Assembly: GCA_002342505.1 (NCBI GenBank)
Contig: DDQB01000108.1
Coordinates: 11,046-75,045, forward strand
Length of the DNA: 64,000 nt
Origin: Acidaminococcaceae bacterium UBA2453
Lineage (GTDB): Bacteria > Bacillota > Negativicutes > Acidaminococcales > Acidaminococcaceae
Direction: 5' to 3'
Made by a program: the position numbers and the translations under genes. The notes under the pieces are model-generated. The model did not search any database and was not told the DNA's origin. It was given only the letters and a program-made list of their open reading frames with translations. The stretch's first letter is position 1. Each line of letters opens with the position of its first letter. Below, in pieces: positions 10,306-19,138 of this stretch.

Positions 10306-10992
10306 TTACTCTCCAAACAACTGCGCAATAGCAGCTTTAAATTTATTAGCCCCGCCCATAGAGGGATGCGGTACGCAATTGCAGGGCACGCCGAATTTCT
10401 GCAGGGTACCTGCGGCTTTTTGGCCAATGGCAACGACCTGTGCATTGGGCAGCAGTTCCATCAGTTCTTTTGCGTACACGATGCCCACGTTTAATTCGTT
10501 GCCGTCGGGGGTACGATTGGTCAGCAAACCGTCTTCTTTATGGGGATGGAAAGGAAAAATATTCCACAGCACAGCATCAAAAGTTCCCAGATGATGACGG
10601 TGCAGACTGCCCCACATCACGGTGGCAGTAGGTTCGTTGAAGCCCATTGTCTTCTGCGTGCCTTTCAGCAGGGGCGACTCCGGATTGCTGGTACGACGGT
10701 AGTCCCATTCCCCCAGTACTTCTTCCGGCCTTACTTCCGGATGATGCCCCAGCAGGATCCGCTCGCTGGTCATGGCCATGCCGGAAAAGCGTCCGCCCTG
10801 ATAGCCCAGTCCTTCTGCAATGAACAGATAATGGGCATTGCGACGCAGTTCCAGATAGCGCTGAAAGTTTTGGTAACGGATCTCAGGCGCTTCCGGAGAA
10901 ATATCCAATCCGGGTTCGTATTCTCGCCAGGGATTGAAGACGCGAGGGGCGCGATACATGCGAAGGTGTTTCATAAACGTTGAAATATCCAT
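10306..10992 (-). CDS. Uracil-DNA glycosylase superfamily protein
   Basis: VFNPW, FIAEGLGYQG, EPTAT, WNIFPFHPH, NRTP, HPSMGG; start MDISTF behind an AAAGGGA RBS. Confidence 0.82.
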   Translation of the reverse strand: MDISTFMKHLRMYRAPRVFNPWREYEPGLDISPEAPEIRYQNFQRYLELRRNAHYLFIAEGLGYQGGRFSGMAMTSERILLGHHPEVRPEEVLGEWDYRRTSNPESPLLKGTQKTMGFNEPTATVMWGSLHRHHLGTFDAVLWNIFPFHPHKEDGLLTNRTPDGNELNVGIVYAKELMELLPNAQVVAIGQKAAGTLQKFGVPCNCVPHPSMGGANKFKAAIAQLFGE

Positions 10993-11015
10993 GTGATCCC
11001 TTTCATAACGGCGCA

Positions 11016-11131
11016 CGCCGCGAGTGATTCCTCCTTCCCCCGCAAAGCTACGGCGGCATCCGGCAAGCAACCTTGCCGTCACCACCTAAAGCTTCGCGAC
11101 GGGGCGTACCCTTCCGGAATCGCCCACGGCG
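11016..11131. repeat. Intergenic repeat family A copy in the UDG 5' leader
   Basis: Imperfect IR cgccgcgagtgattcc / ggaatcgcccacggcg enclosing ttcctccttcccc...gacgggg. Confidence 0.6.
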
Positions 11132-11297
11132 CTATATTTCTACTTGGTTTTGTTTTCTCAAATTATACATGGTTATATTAAAAAAGCAAGAAAAATATTT
11201 GACACGGGAATGTCACATTTATTCGCTACAATAAAATTACATAAGCATTTTTACATTTAATCCGATTGGTTCCCGTTGATTATATAAGGAGGGCGTC

Positions 11298-11771
11298 ATG
11301 AAAAAAATTCTTGCGATTGCTTCTGCATTAATTACAATCAGCGCGTCGGCGTTTGCAGCGTTACCGCCGGGGGTATTCACCAGCCAGCGTCCGCCGGCGC
11401 ATCACCACGGTATGGCTTCACATCGGATTCATGTAAATCCGTCACACCGGATGCACACGCCCATCCATAACCGTGTGCGCATGACGCCGCAGCACAGAGC
11501 CGGCGGTCCTGTAGGCGGACACATGTCATCCACCGGTCCGCACCGATACCATGCGGCTCCGCCATCACACCGGGTGTATGTGCAGCCGGCCCGTCCGGTC
11601 TATCATTACCGGCGTCCCATCTTACCTCCGCCCCGCTGGCGCTACGCCGGATATTACAGCGGCCATTACTGGCGCCCTTACGGCGGTTACGTCGTGGCAT
11701 ACCCTGCCAGGTATTACGGAGGATGGGGGTATTACGCGCGGCCTGGCGTACGAATCAGTGTAAGAATATAG
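11298..11771 (+). CDS. Secreted low-complexity His/Pro/Arg/Tyr-rich hypothetical protein
   Basis: AAGGAGG RBS, signal peptide MKKILAIASALITISASAFA, upstream TTGACA/TACAAT-like promoter boxes. Confidence 0.75.
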   Translation: MKKILAIASALITISASAFAALPPGVFTSQRPPAHHHGMASHRIHVNPSHRMHTPIHNRVRMTPQHRAGGPVGGHMSSTGPHRYHAAPPSHRVYVQPARPVYHYRRPILPPPRWRYAGYYSGHYWRPYGGYVVAYPARYYGGWGYYARPGVRISVRI

Positions 11772-11782
11772 TCGGTGAAGTT

Positions 11783-12541
11783 TTACTGCAGCCCCGCCTT
11801 TGCTGCCGCGATGCCCAGATATTCCCGCATAGCAATGGCTGTAACATTTAAATTATACGCCTGGGGCGTAAAGGCGAATGCGTCCAATACAAGGTGTTTG
11901 TTCGTCATGTAATCCGTAGGGTACGGAATCACCTCTATCCCCTCCCGCTCAAACAGTAATACCGAACGGGGCATATGGTACGCTGAAGTGACCAATACCA
12001 CTTTTTTGAAGCCCATCCGGTCGCAGATTTCTTTAGTAAATTTTGCATTTTCTGCCGTGTTGCGACTCTTCGCATCCGGCAGAATTTTTTTCTCTTCTAC
12101 CCCGCAGGCCGCTAACACACGTTTGGCTGTTTCCGATTCTATCCCATTCTGATCAAAAACCAGCCCACCAGAAACAATCACTGGCACCTGCAGCGCCCGA
12201 TACAGGCGCAGTCCCATGATATGCCGATTGGCCGCCCCTGCCGCAATCTGCCCGGTCCCATCAAAATCCGGTACGTCGCCGCAGGCACCTCCGCCCAGAA
12301 TCACAATGGCCTGCGCATCCTGCAGTTCACCTACAGAAGGCTGGGGATAAAAATCCTCCAACGGCTTGATGATCCGGTCGCTGACCGCGCTGATACTCAG
12401 CACATAGATCAGCAGCATGACAGGAAAGAGTTTATAGAATTTTACCGTTTTACGGTTACACATGTAAAATGCCAACAGCGCCAAAATAAAAAGACCCGGC
12501 GGCAACAGCCAGGCATAACATAATTTAATAAAATAAATCAT
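11783..12541 (-). CDS. YdcF/ElyC (DUF218) family envelope protein
   Basis: N-terminal TMs, AIVILGGG, IVSGG, SRNTAENA, LVTSAYHMPRS. Confidence 0.9.
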   Translation of the reverse strand: MIYFIKLCYAWLLPPGLFILALLAFYMCNRKTVKFYKLFPVMLLIYVLSISAVSDRIIKPLEDFYPQPSVGELQDAQAIVILGGGACGDVPDFDGTGQIAAGAANRHIMGLRLYRALQVPVIVSGGLVFDQNGIESETAKRVLAACGVEEKKILPDAKSRNTAENAKFTKEICDRMGFKKVVLVTSAYHMPRSVLLFEREGIEVIPYPTDYMTNKHLVLDAFAFTPQAYNLNVTAIAMREYLGIAAAKAGLQ

Positions 12542-12572
12542 AATCCACCATCCATTTTATCTTTCATTGGGG

Positions 12573-12600
12573 TTGACATATCAAAAAAAAGTGTTATAGT
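12573..12600 (+). promoter_or_regulatory. Sigma-A promoter of the XRE regulator gene
   Basis: TTGACA-16 nt-TATAGT with extended TG. Confidence 0.6.
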
Positions 12601-12649
12601 TATATTTAATTGGTTTCATAAAATATTCAAAAAATATTATCGAAAGCGA

Positions 12650-13015
12650 GTGACGATAATGGACATTACAAATGAAAATAAAATCGGAAACCAAATTCGG
12701 ATGATGCGCAATCAACTTTGTATGACACGCAAAACATTGGCGCAGGAAGTACATGTTTCGCAAAACACAATCTATCGTTGGGAAAATGGATTGGCAATCC
12801 CATCTTACGAGCATTGGATTATCCTCTGCCACATCTTCCACCTGCCCGTCCAAAATCCTGCGGAAATACAGGAATTTCCCAATCCTGTACCTGACAAAGA
12901 ATTTCAGACTATTTTATTGAAACAGTTGGATCTCTGCCCTGACTGCAGGCGTAAAGTACAAAAAGCTCTCCAGCAATGGTATACGCTAAAAGATAAAAAG
13001 TTTAAAAACAACTAA
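12650..13015 (+). CDS. XRE-family helix-turn-helix regulator
   Basis: IGNQIRMMR...LAQEVHVSQNTIYRWENGLAIPS; C-terminal CPDC; start may instead be the ATG at 12659. Confidence 0.82.
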   Translation: MTIMDITNENKIGNQIRMMRNQLCMTRKTLAQEVHVSQNTIYRWENGLAIPSYEHWIILCHIFHLPVQNPAEIQEFPNPVPDKEFQTILLKQLDLCPDCRRKVQKALQQWYTLKDKKFKNN

Positions 13016-13059
13016 GCGATTTATTAACCTATTTTCAGGCTATTACAAATTGTTATTTT

Positions 13060-13105
13060 GAGGTAAAAAACGAAAATTTTTCGTTTTTTACCTCTTTTTT
13101 ACCTC
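13060..13105. repeat. 35-bp palindrome with a duplicated half-site
   Basis: gaggtaaaaaacgaaaa-t-ttttcgttttttacctc followed by a second ttttttacctc. Confidence 0.7.
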
Positions 13106-13208
13106 AAAAACGATTTGTATAAGATGCAAAGCTAAGTTACATTCTTCTACGTCCGCTTACTTTCTATACATAGAAAGTAAGCGTTTTTACAATATGGCTT
13201 TAATTTAC

Positions 13209-16200
13209 TTACGCCATATGATCTTCTGCTATTTCTGCCGACGCGGCCATGTGCATCCCTTCCGGGCATTTTTCTTTGGCTACACTCAGCATCAGCTTCA
13301 GCCGGTTCAGCTGATTTACTTCACTGGCCCCTGCGTCGCAGTCCATGGCCACCAGGTTCGCATCTTCATATGTGCGACGAATCTCCCGGAACACGCCTTT
13401 GCCCAGAATATGATTGGGCAGGCAGGCCCATGGCTGCAGACATACTACGTTGCGCACCCCTTCTTCCATCAGCTTGGTCATTTCGCCGGGCAGCAGCCAG
13501 CCTTCTCCGGCCATGTTGCCCAGAGATACGTGCTGCGCCGCCAGTTCGGCAATTTTGTAGATAGAGATGGGAGCAGTAAAGTGTTTGGATTTAGCCAGCG
13601 CTTTGCGCATAGGATCCATGAAAAAGTCCGCCACTTTGATGAACATCTGGGCGCCAACTTTTTTGAGCCAGCTGCCGTCCAAAATATCGTGCCGGGTAAT
13701 ACCGTCAAAAGCCATATACAGCATAAAGTTAGCCAGCTCCGGCATAACCACTTCCGCACCTTCTTTTGCCAGCACCTGTTCCAGATGGTTGTTGGCTACG
13801 GGGTGGTATTCTACTAATATTTCGCCAACAACGCCCACTTTGGGCTTCCACAGGTTGGGCACAAGAGGAATGGCATCAAATTCTTTTACCAAGTTCTGAA
13901 TGGTCTGCCGATATTGCAGGAAATTGCCGTGATCCAGCTCGTCCTTGCATTTCCGCATCCATTTGGCAAACAATTTGTCCGTGGAGCCGGGGATCAGTTC
14001 ATAAGGCCGCATCCGGTTGGTGACATTCTGCAACAGGTCGCCGTAGATGATGGCTTTGGCCACGTCCTTGAAGCCGGAAGGATTTAACTTGAAGGCATCC
14101 TGCTCCAGTCCCCAGCAGGCGAATACAGGCACCTGCGGGTAACCTGCATTCCGCAGCGCGCGCCGCAACAGGTTCATATAGTTGGTGGCGCGGCAGGCGC
14201 CGCATGTCTGGAACAGCACAATGCTGGTATGATCCGGGTCGTACTTTCCGCTCTTGATAGCCTGCAGCATCTGTCCGATGACCACGATGGCCGGGTAACA
14301 CATGTCGTTCTGCACGTACTGCAGGCCCAGGTTGATAGCTTCTTCTTTCGGCGTATCGGGAATGACCACTTTGTACCCGTACCGATTCAGCACGTGAGTC
14401 ACCAAATCGAAGTGGATAGGCGCCATCTGGGGCGCTAATATGGTATGGGTCTCTTTGCAGTCGTGGGTAAAGAACGCCCGTTCTTCCACCACCAGCGGTT
14501 TGTAGTCCGGCACATGGCGGCGGCTGAGGACGGCTAATAAAGAGCGAAGCCTTATGCGGGCCGCGCCTAAGTTGCTCACTTCGTCCAGCTTGATCATGGT
14601 GTACAGACGCTGATGGCCTTCCATAATCTCCCGAACCTGATTGGTAGTGATGGCATCCAGTCCGCAGCCAAAGGAGCTGAGCTGAATGAGATTGATCTCC
14701 GGATGGGCTGCCGCAAAGCTGGCCGCATGGTACAGCCGGGCATGGTAACTCCACTGATTCACAATGGACAGCTCGTCTTTCGGCGTGTCCATGTGGTAGA
14801 CGGAATCTTCCGACACAATGGCCAGGTTATAGGACTGGATCATCTCCGGAATGCCGTGGTTGATCTCCGGGTCTAAGTGATACGGTCTGCCGACCAGCAA
14901 GATTACCGGCAGATTTTTTTCTTTTGCTGTGCGCAGGATCTCTGCGCCTTTTTGCCGCACGTCTTCCCGGTACTGTTCCAGTTCTTTGTAGCCGGCGTCC
15001 ATGGCCTCTTTCAGTTCGCTCTGCTTAATATTTTCAGAAGCGAAGGCTTCCGTGAGGCGCACCAGCATTTTTTTGGGATCGTTGATGGGCAGGAAAGGCT
15101 CCATGAATTTGATTTCTTCGTTACGGAGCACATCCATGTTGTTGCGGATGTTTTCCGCATAGGAAGCTACCACCGGGCAGTTGTAGTGGTTACCGGTACG
15201 GTTCACTTCGTCTTCCATATTGTAAGGCATGCATGGATAGAAAATTTTCTTTACGCCTTTTTCCACCAGGTCCATGATGTGCCCGTGCACCAGTTTGGCC
15301 GGATAACACAGGGAATCTGACGGGATGGTGGACATGCCTTTGTAGTATATTTGCGCAGAGGATTTGCCGGACAGCACCACTTCGTAGCCTAATTTGCCAA
15401 AAAATGTGGCCCAGAAGGGAAAATCCTCGTACATGTTCAATACGCGGGGGATGCCGATGCGGCCCCGGCGGGCGGTAAATGATCTGCGCGCGGCATTTTT
15501 GGCTGCGGTTTTGTTGGCTGTTTTGGCAGCCGCAGCCGTTGCGCCGGACGAGCTGGCTTTTGTTGCATCGCTGCCCGCCATATGTGCGTCGTGTGCGTTG
15601 CACCATACGGCAGACGCATCGATGACATTGGGGTACTTGAACAGCCGCTCGTATTTATATTCGTAAATATTAGGAGCTTTGTTGGTATTTTTCGGTTTGC
15701 CTTCGCCCCGTTCACAGCGATTGCCGGTAAAGTAACGGCCCCCGTCGGGAAATGTCTGCATGGTCACTAAACAATGGTTGCCGCAGCCGTTGCAACGGTA
15801 AGATTTGCTGGTGACGGTAAAGTTTTCCAGATCTTTAGCAGGAAGGAGGGTGGAACGGCGACCTTTTTCTGTCTGTTCCAACGACAGGATGGCGGCGCCA
15901 TAGGCCCCCATCAACCCGGCTATATCCGGACGGATGACGTCCATGCCTAATAATTTTTCCATGTTGCGCAGCACTGCATTGTTATAGAATGTGCCACCCT
16001 GGACTACGATGTGATCACCCAGTTCCCGTGTATCTTTCAGCTGCATGACTTTAAACAGCGCATTTTTGATGACTGAGAGACCGATGCCCGCAGAAATATC
16101 TGCCAAAGGAGCTCCTTCTTTCTGTGCCTGCTTCACGCGGGAGTTCATGAATACAGTGCAGCGGGTGCCAAGGTCCACGGGGGTCTTGGAGTCCATAGCT

Positions 16201-17678
16201 TTGTCCGCGAATTCCGCGGCGGTCATGCCCAGGCCCTGGGCAAAGTTTTCAATAAAGGAACCGCAGCCTGCTGAACAGGCTTCGTTCAATGTAATTTTGC
16301 CAATGTTTCCGTTATTGATAAGGAAACATTTCATATCCTGCCCGCCGATGTCCAGCACGCAGGTCACGTCCGGACAGAATTCATAGGCAGCGCGGTAGTG
16401 GGCAAAAGTTTCCACTTCGCCGGCGTCAGCATGCAGAGCTGCCTTGACAATCTTTTCTCCGTAGCCGGTAGTAAGACAGCCAGCAATATAGGCAGACTCC
16501 GGCATGGCTTTGTACAAACCGGACAGTTCTTTGATGACGATTTTCAGGGGCGAGCCCTGGTTGCTGCCGTAATCGGTATATAAAATTTCTTTGTCTTTGC
16601 CGATGGCTACAATTTTTGTGGTAGTGGAACCCGCGTCGATGCCTACGTAAACAGGACCTTCGTACGCAGACAGATCGCCACGCTTCACTTTGTCTTTGTC
16701 GTGACGTTCAATGAAAGCGTCGTATTCTGCCGAGTTGCGGAACAGGGCCAGCCGTTCGTCGCGGGCAATGCCGTGACCGGCTTCCGCTTTATCCAAGTTG
16801 GCAGTGAGGTTTCTAAATTCCAGTTCTTTTGTTTCTTCGGAAAGCGCGGCGCCCACGGCCACAAAGTAGGCTCCGTCTTCTACGTTCACCACTTTTTCCG
16901 GATCCATTTTCAACGTTTCCACAAACCGTTTTTTCAGTTCCGGCAGAAAATACAGCGGGCCGCCTAAAAAAGCTACATTACCGGTGATCTCCCGTCCCTG
17001 TGCCAGGTTGCCGATGGTCTGGTTCACCACGGCCTGAAAGATGGATTTGGCGATGTCTTCTTTGGATGCGCCATCGTTCATCAGGGCCTGGATATCTGTT
17101 TTGGCAAACACGCCGCAACGGGATGCAATAGTATAGATACGTCTTGCTTTGGCCGCCAGATCGTTCAATCCTTTGGCGTCTGTGTTCAGGAGCGCCGCCA
17201 TGTGGTCGATGAAGGCGCCGGTCCCTCCTGCGCACACTCCGTTCATCCGTTCTTCCGGCGCAGAGCCGAAGTACATAATCTTCGCGTCTTCCCCGCCTAA
17301 TTCCACCATGGTATCGGTTTGGGGAATGAGTTTCTTTACTGCCGTCGCCGCCGCGATGACTTCCTGCACAAATGGCAGCTGCAGCCGCTGGGCAATACCC
17401 ATACCGGCAGATCCGGTAAGGGCAAAACGGAACCGGGACGGGCCTACCACGTCTTTCAGCGCAGTCAGGTTCGTCACCAATGCGCTGGGAATATCAGAAA
17501 AGTGCCGGGCATAATGTTTATAAATAATATGCTCTTCGGCATTCAGCACTACTACTTTAATGGTAGTGGATCCGATATCGATTCCCACTTTGTAACCGGA
17601 GCCTGCGTTCTCCCTGCCGGCAACAGAAGGCCGGACGACTGCAGCACTGCCGGAATTTACTTTGAAATTTTCAGTCAT
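13209..17678 (-). CDS. 2-hydroxyacyl-CoA dehydratase activator-related multidomain protein (two BcrAD/BadFG ATPase domains plus DUF2229-type region)
   Basis: GIDIGSTTIK and GIDAGSTTTK, CAGGTG, CSAGCGSF, CTVF, CNGCGNHC, CYPAK, FGCGLD; start MTENFK behind GAGGTG. Confidence 0.88.
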   Translation of the reverse strand: MTENFKVNSGSAAVVRPSVAGRENAGSGYKVGIDIGSTTIKVVVLNAEEHIIYKHYARHFSDIPSALVTNLTALKDVVGPSRFRFALTGSAGMGIAQRLQLPFVQEVIAAATAVKKLIPQTDTMVELGGEDAKIMYFGSAPEERMNGVCAGGTGAFIDHMAALLNTDAKGLNDLAAKARRIYTIASRCGVFAKTDIQALMNDGASKEDIAKSIFQAVVNQTIGNLAQGREITGNVAFLGGPLYFLPELKKRFVETLKMDPEKVVNVEDGAYFVAVGAALSEETKELEFRNLTANLDKAEAGHGIARDERLALFRNSAEYDAFIERHDKDKVKRGDLSAYEGPVYVGIDAGSTTTKIVAIGKDKEILYTDYGSNQGSPLKIVIKELSGLYKAMPESAYIAGCLTTGYGEKIVKAALHADAGEVETFAHYRAAYEFCPDVTCVLDIGGQDMKCFLINNGNIGKITLNEACSAGCGSFIENFAQGLGMTAAEFADKAMDSKTPVDLGTRCTVFMNSRVKQAQKEGAPLADISAGIGLSVIKNALFKVMQLKDTRELGDHIVVQGGTFYNNAVLRNMEKLLGMDVIRPDIAGLMGAYGAAILSLEQTEKGRRSTLLPAKDLENFTVTSKSYRCNGCGNHCLVTMQTFPDGGRYFTGNRCERGEGKPKNTNKAPNIYEYKYERLFKYPNVIDASAVWCNAHDAHMAGSDATKASSSGATAAAAKTANKTAAKNAARRSFTARRGRIGIPRVLNMYEDFPFWATFFGKLGYEVVLSGKSSAQIYYKGMSTIPSDSLCYPAKLVHGHIMDLVEKGVKKIFYPCMPYNMEDEVNRTGNHYNCPVVASYAENIRNNMDVLRNEEIKFMEPFLPINDPKKMLVRLTEAFASENIKQSELKEAMDAGYKELEQYREDVRQKGAEILRTAKEKNLPVILLVGRPYHLDPEINHGIPEMIQSYNLAIVSEDSVYHMDTPKDELSIVNQWSYHARLYHAASFAAAHPEINLIQLSSFGCGLDAITTNQVREIMEGHQRLYTMIKLDEVSNLGAARIRLRSLLAVLSRRHVPDYKPLVVEERAFFTHDCKETHTILAPQMAPIHFDLVTHVLNRYGYKVVIPDTPKEEAINLGLQYVQNDMCYPAIVVIGQMLQAIKSGKYDPDHTSIVLFQTCGACRATNYMNLLRRALRNAGYPQVPVFACWGLEQDAFKLNPSGFKDVAKAIIYGDLLQNVTNRMRPYELIPGSTDKLFAKWMRKCKDELDHGNFLQYRQTIQNLVKEFDAIPLVPNLWKPKVGVVGEILVEYHPVANNHLEQVLAKEGAEVVMPELANFMLYMAFDGITRHDILDGSWLKKVGAQMFIKVADFFMDPMRKALAKSKHFTAPISIYKIAELAAQHVSLGNMAGEGWLLPGEMTKLMEEGVRNVVCLQPWACLPNHILGKGVFREIRRTYEDANLVAMDCDAGASEVNQLNRLKLMLSVAKEKCPEGMHMAASAEIAEDHMA

Positions 17679-18281
17679 AGAGCACCTCGTAAAATATATA
17701 GAAGGAAAGGCCGATGGCAGATGGTTTGTTGCACTCGATTCAATCAAATTTACTGAAATCTGCGCAACACGAAACACTGCATCAGGATCTCCGTTGCAGA
17801 CAACCTGCGGCCAGATGATTGCCGTGTTGTCCTGTTCCGAAAATTCCCCGGCTGCCGCCAAATGAAAGCTTCTGCCGAAAATTTCAGAATGCACGATAAA
17901 AAGAAATTCAACATCGGAAACAGAGATTGGTAATGTGCGGCACGCAGGCCGTTGTTTCTTCCGTTTCCGCCGGAGCGCCGCCACATGAAAGTTTTGCTCC
18001 TGACATAAATTTAAATTACATAGTCGTTGGCAAATGAAACCAATACTATTCAATATTATATTATATACCAAAATTAAATAAATACCATACTCTTTTTATA
18101 TTAATTGTTTTGATTTTCTTGTTTTTACGAAATTTGAAGAAGTACTGCGCGGATTTCTGTTTGAAGAATAAAACAGAATCTCATTGCTATATTTCATTTT
18201 TTATGTTGTAAAGCAAATGAATATTATCGATATCGGTTTGATCAATTCCTTGAAAAAATTTCACATTTTCTTGAGAAAATT

Positions 18282-18308
18282 TTAGCACTCAGCTCTTGAC
18301 AGTGCTAA
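18282..18308 (+). promoter_or_regulatory. CIRCE operator (HrcA site) overlapping the -35 box
   Basis: TTAGCACTC-N9-CAGTGCTAA, one mismatch to TTAGCACTC-N9-GAGTGCTAA. Confidence 0.9.
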
Positions 18309-18324
18309 CAATTGGTGGTATAGT
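18296..18324 (+). promoter_or_regulatory. Sigma-A promoter of hsp20
   Basis: TTGACA-17 nt-TATAGT with extended TG. Confidence 0.8.
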
Positions 18325-18531
18325 ATCTTTAGAAACAAGGAAAGCGTAGTGATGATGAGGCCGAAGGGCTTCGCGACAATTGCTCTTGAATAATTCGCCG
18401 CAAGGCGGTTTTTTAAAGAAGCAAAAGTCAAAAAGTCAATACAAATTCTGTTGTTTCCCAACGTAGTCAAAAAAAATTTATATAACGGATGCGGTTGTAA
18501 TTCCCATCTGCAATGAATGGAGGAATGAGTT

Positions 18532-18993
18532 ATGATGTTACCGAGCATTTTTGGAGAAAATTTATTTGATGACTGGATGAATGACAGCGGGTTGATGAAC
18601 CCCAACGCGTTCTTTGGCAAAGGCCTCTCCCCTTTGTATGGCAAGCATGCAGCCAATATCATGAAAACAGATATTCGCGAGAACAAGGACAGCTACGATG
18701 TCATTGTCGATTTGCCGGGCTTTAAGAAAGATGGTATCCATGTACAGCTGGAAGATGGCTACCTGACTATCACCGCTGCCAAGTCCCTGGACAAGGACGA
18801 AAAGGATGAGGCGGGCAAGTACATCCGTCAGGAACGGTACAGCGGATCCTGCACCCGCAGCTTCTACGTGGGAACGGCCATTACCGAGGAGGACATTAAG
18901 GCCAAATTTGAAGACGGTACCCTGCGGCTGAACATCCCCAAGAAGGATTCTAAGGCTGTAGAGACAAAAAAATATATTGCAATTGAGGGATAA
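18532..18993 (+). CDS. Hsp20/alpha-crystallin small heat-shock protein
   Basis: MKTDIRE, DLPGFKK, RQERYSGSCTRSF, AKFEDGTLRLNIPK; CIRCE upstream. Confidence 0.95.
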   Translation: MMLPSIFGENLFDDWMNDSGLMNPNAFFGKGLSPLYGKHAANIMKTDIRENKDSYDVIVDLPGFKKDGIHVQLEDGYLTITAAKSLDKDEKDEAGKYIRQERYSGSCTRSFYVGTAITEEDIKAKFEDGTLRLNIPKKDSKAVETKKYIAIEG

Positions 18994-19026
18994 TTCCCTC
19001 TTTGCGATAAAAAGCAAGGCAAACGG

Positions 19027-19058
19027 CCGCCTACCTGTCCCGTAGGCGGTATTTTTTT
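19027..19058 (+). terminator. Intrinsic terminator of hsp20
   Basis: ccgcctac-loop-gtaggcgg followed by a T run. Confidence 0.75.
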
Positions 19059-19138
19059 GACTTTACTACTTCCGGCAGCAATGGTATGATGATTACAAGA
19101 ATTATCATCCTTAATACTTAAGATTCCAGAGGTTTTTT

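Noticed and set aside
17850-18005. Resemblance to a tandem glycine riboswitch (GGAGCAAAACTTTCA)
   Set aside because: Lacks the GGAGA and CCGAAG elements and the CAGG end
17679-18071. 131-aa N-terminal extension of the 1620-aa ORF
   Set aside because: No family-like sequence; good RBS at the ATG at 17678; treated as leader
18350-18380. Hammerhead-like TGATGA-GGCC-GAAG-GGCT
   Set aside because: Lacks the core C of CUGAUGA and the GAAA after stem II
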